Assembly (NCBI RefSeq): GCF_040220215.1
Contig: NZ_JAVJTR010000001.1
Span: 974-64,973, forward strand
Source of the DNA: Ekhidna sp.
GTDB taxonomy: Bacteria; Bacteroidota; Bacteroidia; Cytophagales; Cyclobacteriaceae
Direction: 5' to 3'
DNA length: 64,000 nucleotides
The notes beneath the pieces are model-generated. The model was not told the origin of the DNA. It made no database searches and worked only from the letters and a program-made list of their open reading frames with translations. Shown here piece after piece: positions 18,738 to 29,175 of the stretch (positions are counted from its first letter, which is position 1; each line of letters begins with the position of its first letter). The position numbers and the translations under genes were made by a program.

Positions 18738-21004
18738 TGAAGCATAAGCTGATTAAATACACGCTAAAAACACTCTGGGTATTATTCATCCTTGGTGTCT
18801 TAGGAATACCCACCATCTTTTTAATGGTCAAAAACGATGCATTTGGATGGTTTGGTGGGCTTCCAAGTTTACAGGCACTGGAACGCCCTGATCCTGATCT
18901 ATCATCTGAATTAATCAGTGCCGATGGGGTGTCATTAGGTAAGTACTTTAGAAAGAACAGAACGCCAGTCACATACGAGGAGTTATCGCCAGAACTGGTA
19001 AATACTTTATTGGTTACTGAAGACGTTCGATTCAAAAACCACTCAGGCATAGACCTCAAGGGGCTTATTCGTGCAGTTGTCGGAAAGCTAACCTTCACTT
19101 TTCAAGGTGGTGGCAGTACACTCACAATGCAGTTAGCTGAAAATCTTTTTAAAACTAATACTGCAGAGCAGGGTACTCTCTATAAATCACGTGCTTTAGG
19201 CCAGATCATTACCAAGCTGAAAGAATGGATAATCGCTGTTCGACTGGAGCAGTCATATACCAAAGAGGAAATTCTGGCCATGTACCTTAATACAGTGGAA
19301 TTCGGTAGCAACTCCTATGGAATTAAAGTGGCTGCAAGTACCTTTTTTAACAAACTTCCATCGCAGCTCAATTATTCAGAGTCAGCTGTCTTAGTTGGTG
19401 CCATTAACGCACCAACCAGATGGAGTCCCGTCCTTAACCCTGATAATGCCCATAGAAAAAGAACGGAAGTGCTATGGAACCTGCACAAGTATGGACTTAT
19501 TGACAAAGCTGAGTATGACACCTTGAACAGGGATTCTATACAGCTCAATTACAGAGTTGAAAATCAGAATGAAGGACTGGCTACCTATTTTAGAACGGTT
19601 GCAAAAAACTATCTGGTGGATTGGGCAATTGACAATGGATACGACCTGTTTGAAGATGGATTAAAAATTTATACAACCATTGACAGTAGAATGCAGCAGT
19701 ATGCTGAAGAAGCAGTTGCAGAGCATATGGATACGCTGCAGCAAATATTTAATGAGCACTGGAAAGGTGAAAACCCCTGGATAAATGATGAAAATAAAGA
19801 GATTCCAGAGTTTCTGGACAATGCAATTAAACGCACAGATGCCTATAAAAGTCTTATCTCCAGGTTTGGAGACAACAAAGATTCGGTCAAATATTATCTG
19901 AACAAAAAGAAACGTATGACTGTCTTCTCCTGGGAGGGTGAGATTGACACACTTTTTAGCTCATATGATTCATTGAACTATTATAAACGATTTCTCCAAG
20001 CTGGATTTATGTCTATGGATCCTCGAACAGGCTATATAAAAGCTTGGGTTGGCGGCATCAACCATCAATATTTCAAATTTGATCACGTACAACAAGGGAA
20101 AAGGCAGCCTGGATCTACATTCAAGCCTATAGTTTATACAGCCGCGATCGATAATGGGTATTCCCCATGTTTTCCGGTGGTAGACGCTCCTGTATCATTC
20201 AGTCTTCCCGGGCAGGATCCACCCACCTGGGTCCCACAAAATTCCAACGGAAAGTTTACCGGAGAAGTAATGACGATCCGTCAGGCAATGGCCCAATCTG
20301 TCAATAGTATAACTGCATTTATGATGAATCGGATTGGTCCTTCCACCGTTGTTGATTATGCGAAGCGTCTTGGGATCGAAAGCAGGCTTGATGCAGTTCC
20401 ATCACTTTGCCTTGGAGCAGGTGGTGATGTTTCCGTTTATGAAATGGTAGGTGCCTATTCCACCTTCGTTAATAAGGGTACGTATATCAAACCATTTTTC
20501 ATATCTAGGATTGAGGATAAAAACGGTAATGTCATTCAACAATTCGTTCCCGATGAGCAAGAAGCAATAAATGAAGAAACGTCCTATTTAATGCTCCATA
20601 TGCTAAAAGGCGTTGTAGAAATGGGGACCGGAAGAGCGATCGACTATACTTTAAAAGTAGATAATGAAATAGGGGCTAAAACCGGAACTACGCAGAATGC
20701 GTCTGACGGATGGTTTATAGGAGTTACGAAAGACCTGGTTTCCGGAGCATGGGTAGGGGGTGATGATAGAAGTATTCGTTTTCGGGAATGGGTTCTTGGA
20801 CAGGGCGGGAGAACTGCCTTGCCAATTTGGGAGCGCTATATGACAAAAATTTATGCTGATGAAACCCTTGGTTATCAAAAAGGATATTTCGAGAAACCTA
20901 CAAAAGCACTAAGAACAATAATAGATTGTGAGCTTTACGATGAGAACATAAATCCGTCGGACACTGTTGATTATGACGTGGTTGATGAAGATGATTTCAT
21001 GTAA
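18737..21004 (+). CDS. Class A penicillin-binding protein (PBP1A)
   Basis: TEDVRF, GGSTLTMQL and KLKE transglycosylase motifs; STFK, SVN and KTG transpeptidase motifs; TGATG overlap with sprE. Confidence 0.95.
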   Translation: MKHKLIKYTLKTLWVLFILGVLGIPTIFLMVKNDAFGWFGGLPSLQALERPDPDLSSELISADGVSLGKYFRKNRTPVTYEELSPELVNTLLVTEDVRFKNHSGIDLKGLIRAVVGKLTFTFQGGGSTLTMQLAENLFKTNTAEQGTLYKSRALGQIITKLKEWIIAVRLEQSYTKEEILAMYLNTVEFGSNSYGIKVAASTFFNKLPSQLNYSESAVLVGAINAPTRWSPVLNPDNAHRKRTEVLWNLHKYGLIDKAEYDTLNRDSIQLNYRVENQNEGLATYFRTVAKNYLVDWAIDNGYDLFEDGLKIYTTIDSRMQQYAEEAVAEHMDTLQQIFNEHWKGENPWINDENKEIPEFLDNAIKRTDAYKSLISRFGDNKDSVKYYLNKKKRMTVFSWEGEIDTLFSSYDSLNYYKRFLQAGFMSMDPRTGYIKAWVGGINHQYFKFDHVQQGKRQPGSTFKPIVYTAAIDNGYSPCFPVVDAPVSFSLPGQDPPTWVPQNSNGKFTGEVMTIRQAMAQSVNSITAFMMNRIGPSTVVDYAKRLGIESRLDAVPSLCLGAGGDVSVYEMVGAYSTFVNKGTYIKPFFISRIEDKNGNVIQQFVPDEQEAINEETSYLMLHMLKGVVEMGTGRAIDYTLKVDNEIGAKTGTTQNASDGWFIGVTKDLVSGAWVGGDDRSIRFREWVLGQGGRTALPIWERYMTKIYADETLGYQKGYFEKPTKALRTIIDCELYDENINPSDTVDYDVVDEDDFM

Positions 21005-22803
21005 TGCAGTTCCAGAGATACGCAAAAGAGGAATACTTAAGGCTTCCTGAAAAACCCGGAGTTTACAAATTTCTGGATGCTGATGAAACTATCATCTACG
21101 TAGGAAAAGCAAAAAGTCTTAAGAAAAGGGTAGCGAGCTATTTTACAAAAGCAAATCTTGATAATCGAAAAACGTACCGGCTTGTTTCTGAAATCCAACA
21201 AATAGAATTTGTCATCGTATCCTCGGAATTTGATGCCCTGTTGCTTGAAAACAACCTAATAAAAGAACACCAGCCGCGTTATAACATTCTTTTAAAGGAT
21301 GATAAAAGTTTCCCGAGTATCTGCATTACCAATGAACGTTTCCCACGCATCTACTCCACAAGAAGAATAGATCATTCAAAAGGAGAATACTTCGGACCAT
21401 ATACAAGTGTGAAAGCTATGAATGGAGTCCTGGAACTCATTAGAAAACTCCATAAAATCAGAACATGCAAGTACAATTTATCAAAGGAAAACGTACGAAA
21501 GAAAAAGTATAAAGTATGCCTTGAATATCATATTGGAAATTGCCTTGGTCCGTGTGAAGGACTACAGTCAGAGGATGACTATTTAAAGGATATTGATGAA
21601 GCGAGGAAAATACTTAAAGGAAAAATTGGAATCGTAGGCAAATCTTATCGTGAAAGAATGCAGGAAGCTGCGGCTAACCTTAAATTCGAAGTGGCACAAT
21701 CCTATAAAGACAAAATCGAAAGGCTCGAAAAATTTCAGTCTCGTTCACTTATTGTGAATCAGAAGATCACGAATACCGATGTATTTTCAATGACTACCTC
21801 AGAAAATGACAAGTTTCTATTTATCAATTATATGAGAATTGAAAATGGGGCAATTGTTAATTCAGAAACCATTGAGGTCAAGAAAAAAATAGAAGAAGAT
21901 AACCAAGAGGTGTTTAGATTCTCTATGTTCGATTTACGGAAAAAATATAATAGTTCAAACCCTCAAATCTTAACAAACCTAGCTGTGGATCCTTGGGAGG
22001 AAGTGGAAATTACAGTTCCTAAAATCGGAGACAAAAAGCATTTGGTAGAGCTTTCGTTTAAAAATGCACTTTACTTCAAGAAAGAAAGGTTCTCGAAGAA
22101 AAGCACACAACCAAATGAAGCATTGCTCCTAAACCTTCAGAAAGACCTCAAACTACCGGATTTACCAGTACATATTGAATGTTTTGACAACTCAAACATT
22201 CAGGGAACAAGCCCGGTTGCCTCTATGGTTTGCTTCAAGAATGGAAAACCCTCAAAATCAAATTATAGAAAATTCAATATTAAGACCGTTAAAGGGCCTG
22301 ACGATTTTGCATCTATGAAGGAAGTTGTAGGTAGAAGATACTCCCACCTTAAAAAAGAAGGTTTAGACCTACCCAACCTTATCGTCATAGATGGGGGAAA
22401 AGGACAATTAAGCGCCGCATGTGAGGCCTTGAAAGGCTTAGACTTATATGGTCAAATTCCGATCATAGGAATTGCCAAAAAACTGGAAGAGATCTACTAT
22501 CCTGAAGACAGCATTCCACTATATATAAGCAAAAAGTCGACATCTCTTAAACTAATACAACAACTAAGAGACGAAGCACACCGGTTTGCTATTAACTTTC
22601 ATAGACAAAAAAGAAGTAAAACTTCCATCGCATCTTCACTGGATTCTATCAAAGGAATCGGAGCAAATACAAGAGATAAATTGTTAAATAAATTCGGAAG
22701 TATCACTCGATTAAAACAGTCTTCTGAAGAAGATTTGATTGATTTGTTGGGGCATTCTAAAGCCCAAACTATTATAGCAGCCATAAAAAAAGGAGACCTT
22801 TGA
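21004..22803 (+). CDS. uvrC: Excinuclease ABC subunit C
   Basis: GIY-YIG IIYVGKAKSL, IECFDNS, IDGGKGQL, RDEAHRFA, HhH. Confidence 0.98.
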   Translation: MQFQRYAKEEYLRLPEKPGVYKFLDADETIIYVGKAKSLKKRVASYFTKANLDNRKTYRLVSEIQQIEFVIVSSEFDALLLENNLIKEHQPRYNILLKDDKSFPSICITNERFPRIYSTRRIDHSKGEYFGPYTSVKAMNGVLELIRKLHKIRTCKYNLSKENVRKKKYKVCLEYHIGNCLGPCEGLQSEDDYLKDIDEARKILKGKIGIVGKSYRERMQEAAANLKFEVAQSYKDKIERLEKFQSRSLIVNQKITNTDVFSMTTSENDKFLFINYMRIENGAIVNSETIEVKKKIEEDNQEVFRFSMFDLRKKYNSSNPQILTNLAVDPWEEVEITVPKIGDKKHLVELSFKNALYFKKERFSKKSTQPNEALLLNLQKDLKLPDLPVHIECFDNSNIQGTSPVASMVCFKNGKPSKSNYRKFNIKTVKGPDDFASMKEVVGRRYSHLKKEGLDLPNLIVIDGGKGQLSAACEALKGLDLYGQIPIIGIAKKLEEIYYPEDSIPLYISKKSTSLKLIQQLRDEAHRFAINFHRQKRSKTSIASSLDSIKGIGANTRDKLLNKFGSITRLKQSSEEDLIDLLGHSKAQTIIAAIKKGDL

Positions 22804-22814
22804 GAGGCCTCCTT
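22785..22814 (-). terminator. Probable intrinsic terminator for the gld/FISUMP transcript (may be bidirectional)
   Basis: AAGGAGACC/GGCCTCCTT stem with one mismatch; A-run at 22785-22791 gives a U-tail on the minus strand. Confidence 0.5.
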
Positions 22815-22837
22815 CTATTGTAACAACAATATTTTTA

Positions 22838-23425
22838 TTAATAATCTTTTACGCATCTACAACTGTTTCTGTGCCAGTCGCCAATCACACTGTGGTATAT
22901 TTCCTTTGATCCTTTTTGTACTGAAATTAAACCGGAAGTATTGTCAGACTTTTTCTCAGCATCCCAATAATTACCGCTGATACCAATATTCTTAAATACT
23001 CTCCCAGGATCACCGAAACCACCTAAGGTTAATTCCAAACCACTCTCACCACCTTTTTGCAAAGCAATTCCAGCATCGTGAATTCCTCCAAATGTTTGAA
23101 ACAGTAGGTTCCATTCGCCTATGGTTGGAATGTGCCATCCGTCAGGGCATGCCGCCTTAGCGGCACTAAAGGTATAAAGCCTTCCAAAGGCTTCACAGTA
23201 AGCAGGTTCATTTTTATAACAGAAAGAATCCGGAACTTCATAAGATAGATTTTCAGCCATCCATGTCCGCTGAACTGTGACGCCTCCTTCTAAAGCAATA
23301 TCTATAGTTACAATCTTATATGTTTTTCCATCTCGAGCATCTGTAAACTCGCCAGGTTCCTGCGCAGTTGCGGCAACTGAGCAGGCAGCTATTAAAAGCA
23401 TGGAGAGTATATTTCTAATATTCAT
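22838..23425 (-). CDS. FISUMP (Fibrobacter succinogenes major paralogous) domain protein
   Basis: FTDARDGKTY, WMAENL, GRLYTF, ACPDGWHIPT, GNYW, SCRCVKD. Confidence 0.88.
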   Translation of the reverse strand: MNIRNILSMLLIAACSVAATAQEPGEFTDARDGKTYKIVTIDIALEGGVTVQRTWMAENLSYEVPDSFCYKNEPAYCEAFGRLYTFSAAKAACPDGWHIPTIGEWNLLFQTFGGIHDAGIALQKGGESGLELTLGGFGDPGRVFKNIGISGNYWDAEKKSDNTSGLISVQKGSKEIYHSVIGDWHRNSCRCVKDY

Positions 23426-23457
23426 TATACGGTGGATTAGGGTTAGGTTAAATCAAA

Positions 23458-24318
23458 TTAATATTCCCAGAGTTCTGATTCATACTCCATTAAATCATAC
23501 TCATATTTCTGCTGGATCACAATCACGTTCAATGGATCCTCCGCCATTTCATCTGCATAAATTTGTCTTATATCCAAATCTTTTGCATTAGATACTTTAA
23601 CGATTGGTGCATTAAAAAGCCTGAGTTCAAAAGCATCACTCATATTCATGTGCTGTCCCGGATTAAAGTTATTATAATAAATAGCCTTGTCCGCATATGG
23701 CCCTCTAAATAATGCAACAACATCATCATACCTGAAATGTGCAACTGGTTTTTCGAACCCGGCCGGATTATACAAAGAACCTGCGTTTCTTGGAAGTGCT
23801 AGAGTTAAAGATCTAATATAGTTATACATCCTCGAACGATTCCGATCAAATATCACTTCTTCTTTCAGGTACAATACCGAAAACAAGTCCTCAGGAATAG
23901 ATTCTTGTCTCGCTTCATCTCCTTGAGAATCACTGGCATCATCGGCACCCGCTTCGTCTCCAAAAGAATCAAACCCTCCGGAATTAAACCCTCCGCCAAC
24001 AAATGGATTTTGCTCCCTTTCGACGGAAATGTTAGATACAAAAATAATATCCGGCATAAAGTTAATGCACGAATCGGATCTGTAAGGTGTAAGGAGGCCC
24101 TCATCAACTGCCTGGATAAGTAATCTTGAAACCTCACCATTCAACGAAAAGAAAGGCAAGTTTTGCTTTTCTTTCATGTCCATTCTCCTCCAAACGGTCT
24201 TCTTAAACATTACCTGTGTCTCATCCACCTCTGGCTTTACCAATGGTGCCAACTCCTCCTGCGCATAACCAAAGGAGAGCGAGAGACCAAACACAATTAC
24301 ATAACCTAGTTTTTTCAT
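23458..24318 (-). CDS. gldN: T9SS/gliding protein GldN (PorN)
   Basis: FKKTVWRRMDMKEKQNLP, KEEVIFDRNRS, ESELWEY; synteny. Confidence 0.92.
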   Translation of the reverse strand: MKKLGYVIVFGLSLSFGYAQEELAPLVKPEVDETQVMFKKTVWRRMDMKEKQNLPFFSLNGEVSRLLIQAVDEGLLTPYRSDSCINFMPDIIFVSNISVEREQNPFVGGGFNSGGFDSFGDEAGADDASDSQGDEARQESIPEDLFSVLYLKEEVIFDRNRSRMYNYIRSLTLALPRNAGSLYNPAGFEKPVAHFRYDDVVALFRGPYADKAIYYNNFNPGQHMNMSDAFELRLFNAPIVKVSNAKDLDIRQIYADEMAEDPLNVIVIQQKYEYDLMEYESELWEY

Positions 24319-24341
24319 AACACTATTTTATTCTGACAAGT

Positions 24342-25973
24342 TTAGTTCAGCGAAATGTTGATATAGCGTTGGAATTTCTGAAAATCTTCCACTTGCTTTC
24401 TGAAATTTTGTCTTTGTACTTTCTTAATTTCAATCACCAATTGATCCCCTTTTCTTCCCGACATACTTCGGAGATTTATTTGTTCTCCGGCACGGATAGA
24501 ACCACGACCAAGCCCACCACTTACAAGCGTAACCTCAGCTTCTGCCACCCTGAATTTTGCATCATCCGGCAGGAACTGTGCGAAGCTTTCATCAGGGATT
24601 GCTCTTAGAAATAACTCAGGAGTTCTCGCTGGAATACCTTCTTTCAGATTTACCTCGCCAGCACTCGTAAAAACTTTAATATCCGGAGCTGGAATACCTC
24701 TTACACTAAATTCCCTTGAGCCAATTACATTTCCCCCAGAGGACACAGTTAATGTTACCTTCTGAGCTCTTGGAACAACTGTAACCTGACCTTTTTGAGA
24801 GCCCTTTATTGCATCACCACCTGAGGCAGTGAAAGAAGGATTATACTGTGTGCCAAGTGCTGGCACCTGCACATCAAGTGCATTACCGCAATTATAGTAC
24901 AATGCGTTAACCGATTGTGACTGGATTTGAATGACAGGACGAACTACGTAATACTCAATTGTATCTGTGAATGTTGTGTCGTTACCACCTCCCTGAGGAA
25001 CTGTAATAGATGCAACAATCTCTTTTTTAGCATTACCATTCGCATCATAATTGCCAGGAGTAGCAGTAAATTCAACTTTACCAACTCCTGCTACAACAGG
25101 AGCTTCTTCACCATTGTAAGTCATTACCATTTTATCATTCAACCCTGAAGCAGAAGCAGCAATAAACATATCTGCTCTATATTTCATACCTGCTGCCACA
25201 TATTGTGATTCAGGCATAACAACAGGTCTGATCTGATCAAAAGTAATATCCTTCAGACCGACTCTTCTAACCAAAAAGTCAAGGGCTGATGTTTCAAAAG
25301 CAAGAACATTTGCCTGAAACTCACTTACAGTAGCCAGTCCGGCATGTGTTGGAGAATTCTCAAATGCGAGCTGGGACCACTTCTTACCTTTTTGATTTTC
25401 ATCTTTACTATAGATTGGATCTTCTTCTGCATCCAGTGCTATTTTATGAAACTGCTTGAGCTTATCAGCATCTGCTCCATTCTTTTTCAATACCTCCTGA
25501 ATGTAATCCGCAAAACCATTTAGCTTTTGCTTCATTTCAGCACCGTTTCCTTCTCCACCTTCCTCAACAGGCATCATGTAGTTCCCTACCTTATCATAAT
25601 CTGTCTTTCCAGCGATGAAACGACGATCTCCTTTATGACCCTCCAGGTAGCCGCCTGTTATCTCAACAAATTTTTCTTTGTATTCCTCTAACTCAGTTAG
25701 CAGCTTGGTTGTTTCAGCTCTTACTTCCTCTGCATCCGCTACTACTTTTAAATCATCCGCTCTATTACCCTTATCCTTTGCGGCAGATTTCATACCAGCG
25801 ATGGTTCGAGCGTTTCGCTCAGATGTTTCAGCATTGGCTCGCTCCAAACTTTCATTGATAAAGGCGAATTTGTCTAAGACTGTGGAGCTAACGTTTAGTG
25901 CCAACAATGCAGTTAGCACCAAATACATCATGCCAATCATTTTGCCCCGTGGTGTTTCTTTTCCTCCTGCCAT
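24342..25973 (-). CDS. gldM: T9SS/gliding motor protein GldM (PorM)
   Basis: MAGGKETPRGKMIGMMYLVLTALLALNVS, LYYNCGN. Confidence 0.97.
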   Translation of the reverse strand: MAGGKETPRGKMIGMMYLVLTALLALNVSSTVLDKFAFINESLERANAETSERNARTIAGMKSAAKDKGNRADDLKVVADAEEVRAETTKLLTELEEYKEKFVEITGGYLEGHKGDRRFIAGKTDYDKVGNYMMPVEEGGEGNGAEMKQKLNGFADYIQEVLKKNGADADKLKQFHKIALDAEEDPIYSKDENQKGKKWSQLAFENSPTHAGLATVSEFQANVLAFETSALDFLVRRVGLKDITFDQIRPVVMPESQYVAAGMKYRADMFIAASASGLNDKMVMTYNGEEAPVVAGVGKVEFTATPGNYDANGNAKKEIVASITVPQGGGNDTTFTDTIEYYVVRPVIQIQSQSVNALYYNCGNALDVQVPALGTQYNPSFTASGGDAIKGSQKGQVTVVPRAQKVTLTVSSGGNVIGSREFSVRGIPAPDIKVFTSAGEVNLKEGIPARTPELFLRAIPDESFAQFLPDDAKFRVAEAEVTLVSGGLGRGSIRAGEQINLRSMSGRKGDQLVIEIKKVQRQNFRKQVEDFQKFQRYINISLN

Positions 25974-25995
25974 AATTAAATCTTTTTAAGGGTTA

Positions 25996-26808
25996 TTATT
26001 GATTACCTCTCATTGCGGTAAGCATGTTACCGTATACTTTATTCAGAGCAGAAATGTTCGATGTAAGCTTATTAAGCTCAGACTGGAATGCAGACGTTTC
26101 TTTACCTGCTTCAGCCATGCTTTCAAGCGCACCGCTAATGTTTGAATAGAATTTATTCAATGCCTTGGTATGGCTTTGAGCATCTTTCAACTCCATTTCG
26201 TATACTGCATTAAGGGCACCAAGACTCTTAGTTACGTTTTGAACCTGACTGTGATACTCTTTCGTATCTTTTGTAGCATCTGCCATTCCTGACATAGCCT
26301 CCATCGCAGAAGCATATGATTTATTCATTTCAGAAAGTGACCTTGAGGCTGACTTTACATTTCCAGCATACTCGTTTGTAGCAACTGCTGCATCGCTCAG
26401 GTTTGACATTTTCTTAGCCGATTCAGCCATATTTCTCATGCCATCCCCCAAACTTTTGATCAATTCAGGGCCAACTTTTGCTTCTGCAAGCATTTTGTCC
26501 ATTTGAGCTGCTACTCCACCAGTTGCCTGAGGAACTGCTTTTCGTGGTGCTGCGGCCGGACCATCATAGTCGTCTGCAAGTTCCGGGTACACTTTAGCCC
26601 AATCAGGCTCAGGGTGCTTAGGCTCGAATGCACTTAAAAAGAAAATAACTGCCTCAGTGGTTAGACCAACCCCAAGCATTAGTGCCGCACCCGGCATGTG
26701 AAGAATCTTAAACATCGCTCCCACGATTACAACTGCAGCTCCTATTCCGTAGATTTTCGGCATTATAGTGGAATAGAGTAGCTCCTGAAATCCGCCTTTT
26801 TTGCTCAT
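25996..26808 (-). CDS. gldL: T9SS/gliding motor protein GldL (PorL)
   Basis: YGIGAAVVIVGAMFKILH, TEAVIFFLSAFEP, WAKVYPEL, VYGNMLTAM. Confidence 0.97.
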   Translation of the reverse strand: MSKKGGFQELLYSTIMPKIYGIGAAVVIVGAMFKILHMPGAALMLGVGLTTEAVIFFLSAFEPKHPEPDWAKVYPELADDYDGPAAAPRKAVPQATGGVAAQMDKMLAEAKVGPELIKSLGDGMRNMAESAKKMSNLSDAAVATNEYAGNVKSASRSLSEMNKSYASAMEAMSGMADATKDTKEYHSQVQNVTKSLGALNAVYEMELKDAQSHTKALNKFYSNISGALESMAEAGKETSAFQSELNKLTSNISALNKVYGNMLTAMRGNQ

Positions 26809-26851
26809 TGTAATAATATTTAGGTTAGTAATTTATTCGTATTTGATTTAA

Positions 26852-27886
26852 CTAAAATTCGTATCCTGATGATCTACCAAGATAAGTCATAGCACATCTA
26901 AATCCTATAGATGCCCTGGTAGTATCCTGATGCTCATATGATCTGGTTCCTGTTTCAAGGTAGTAAGCTATATCTTTCCAGGATCCCCCTCTAATGACTT
27001 TGAATGGAATATTTTCATCAAAGTAAGTAGGGTTCAAATCCCAGGTTAAAGGCATAGCTGAAGGGTTATACGCATCTTCGCACCATTCGGCTACATTTCC
27101 TGCCATATCATACAAACCGTATTCGTTGGCGAAGTAGGTTCCGATAGGAGATGTGTAAGCATAACCATCATCAAAGTAATTTCCTCTTCCAGGCTTAAAG
27201 TTTGCAAGCAAACAACCTTTGGCATTCCTTATATAAGGGTTGCCCCAAGGATATTTTGCCATATCCCTCCCACCTCTGGAAGCATATTCCCATTCGGCTT
27301 CTGAAGGCAATCGGAAGTTTGGCATCACCGGTAATCCAACACTTGTACGGTAGTCGTTCAAGTATTGCGTTCTCCAATCGCAAAAATATTTTGCTGAATT
27401 CCAATCAATTCCAACAACCGGGTAATCGTCGAATGCCGGATGAGACCAATAATATACCACCAGTGGATCCCCCATGTGATGGGTGTAGTCCCTAGTCCAT
27501 ACAGTAGTATCAGGCATCAGGTCAGCGATTGAGTAGCCTGTAGGCAAATCAATCTCTGAACTTTGCTGAAGGTTTTGTGTAAACTGTCGGTATTCATTAT
27601 TGGTGATTTCTGTATCATCCATAAAGAATGCCCCGATGGTCACTTGTTTGTTGAAATTTATCTGGGTGGCCGCCACATCCTCATCTGCTTGTCCCATATG
27701 GAACGTTCCAGATGGCACAGACACCATTCCAAATGGCCGGGTCATTTCCCACCCCTGTCTATCCGGAGCTCCTATAAGCTCTCCTCTGTCACCTTGATTT
27801 CCGCCAAAAAGACCACAACCTGAAAGAATTATGGCGCAGCAAAGGACAATACAATTTGATATTGTAAAAACACGCATTTTATTCAT
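26852..27886 (-). CDS. gldK: T9SS ring lipoprotein GldK (PorK), FGE-sulfatase fold
   Basis: Lipobox LSGC, FMDDTEITN, YPVVG, FRLPSEAEWEYA, GNVAEW, GFRC; start refined from 27925. Confidence 0.93.
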   Translation of the reverse strand: MNKMRVFTISNCIVLCCAIILSGCGLFGGNQGDRGELIGAPDRQGWEMTRPFGMVSVPSGTFHMGQADEDVAATQINFNKQVTIGAFFMDDTEITNNEYRQFTQNLQQSSEIDLPTGYSIADLMPDTTVWTRDYTHHMGDPLVVYYWSHPAFDDYPVVGIDWNSAKYFCDWRTQYLNDYRTSVGLPVMPNFRLPSEAEWEYASRGGRDMAKYPWGNPYIRNAKGCLLANFKPGRGNYFDDGYAYTSPIGTYFANEYGLYDMAGNVAEWCEDAYNPSAMPLTWDLNPTYFDENIPFKVIRGGSWKDIAYYLETGTRSYEHQDTTRASIGFRCAMTYLGRSSGYEF

Positions 27887-28030
27887 AACACCTTTATTGA
27901 ACATGCAAGTATGTAAAATAAACAAACTTTAACAAGAATTATTGCACGATATTCAGCCTAAATATATAATCATAAATCGATTTAGGGCAAGTTTTATTTT
28001 AAAATTGGACAAAGGGAATTATCTGTCGGA

Positions 28031-28984
28031 TTAAAAAGTGAACCTTGGGGTTTTCACAGCCTTTCTTCCTCCGAGCACTAAATCAGGTAAATCATACCTT
28101 ATAAAAACCTCATGAGAGGTGGGTTGCTTCGCATCCTGATTCTTAATTACATAATCAAAAGAATATCCTGCTTTTAATTTATTATCCTCCAAAAAAGAAT
28201 ATCCCATTAGCAAGCTGAGAGATTCTGCTCGCCTGAATGCCACACCTCCCCACATTTTCTCTTGATAGATGGCCACTGCACTAATATCATAGCTATATGT
28301 ATTAAGATCTGATCTAACCATTATAGTAGGATTTAGTACCAATTCTCGCATTAATCCGAATGAAGTGCCACTCATTAATAGATAGTTGATTGGAATTTCG
28401 TTTTTAGCATCTGTTCCGAAATCGAAACCTGGTTGCAAAATATTTTCTGCAGAAACTCCTATAAAATATTCTTTATTGGTTTTGAAGAATAACCCTGCAT
28501 GAAGGTTCGGCTCAAGCTGTGATTCATTACCTGTAGGTATGAGGCCATCATTTGGATCAACTGCCCTGAAATTAGCATCCAGGGATTGTACGTTGATAGC
28601 GGGCATTAGTCCAAGTGATAGCTGACCCAGCCTGAAATCTTTTTTAACTGACACAGAAAGTCGAGCTTGCAGATTATTAAGATTCGCAACTCTATCATTT
28701 GACACAGACAAGCCTACACCTGAAAGGGTGGATTTAACAGGGACCACCAATGAAATTAACTGGGTTGTTGGAGCACCCCCAGGATCAAAAGTGGCATCAT
28801 AGCCTACCCATTGACTTCTATGATGCGCTGCTGCAAAAGCCTGATCTTCCGTTCCAACCCATGCCGGATTATAATAGGACGGGTTGAACATGTAATGATT
28901 AAAAAAGAAATCATTTTGCGCAAAACCGTACTGTGCTGTTGCGAAAAGCAATAAGGATAGCAGGAATTTTGAGACTGTTTTCAT
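28031..28984 (-). CDS. porP: PorP/SprF family T9SS outer-membrane protein
   Basis: YMFNPSYYNPAWVG, HRSQWVG, GYSFDY, SHEVF; directly upstream of gldK; start refined from 29038. Confidence 0.9.
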   Translation of the reverse strand: MKTVSKFLLSLLLFATAQYGFAQNDFFFNHYMFNPSYYNPAWVGTEDQAFAAAHHRSQWVGYDATFDPGGAPTTQLISLVVPVKSTLSGVGLSVSNDRVANLNNLQARLSVSVKKDFRLGQLSLGLMPAINVQSLDANFRAVDPNDGLIPTGNESQLEPNLHAGLFFKTNKEYFIGVSAENILQPGFDFGTDAKNEIPINYLLMSGTSFGLMRELVLNPTIMVRSDLNTYSYDISAVAIYQEKMWGGVAFRRAESLSLLMGYSFLEDNKLKAGYSFDYVIKNQDAKQPTSHEVFIRYDLPDLVLGGRKAVKTPRFTF

Positions 28985-29021
28985 GTGTTTTTTTCTCATA
29001 CAGTTAGCACACATGGAATTT

Positions 29022-29065
29022 AAAAAAATCAACGACAATTCTTTATAAAGATGCCGTTGATTTTT
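29022..29065 (-). terminator. Hairpin between hemD and porP, possible terminator
   Basis: AAAAATCAACG...CGTTGATTTTT inverted repeat. Confidence 0.45.
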
Positions 29066-29175
29066 AGTTCATTTCACATTGTAAGTATAACTCCCACAAA
29101 TAATATACCCTTATTTCATGAGTGTTCATTTGTTTTTAATGCCTCATGGAATGTTCGGGTAGCCGAAAATCATTT

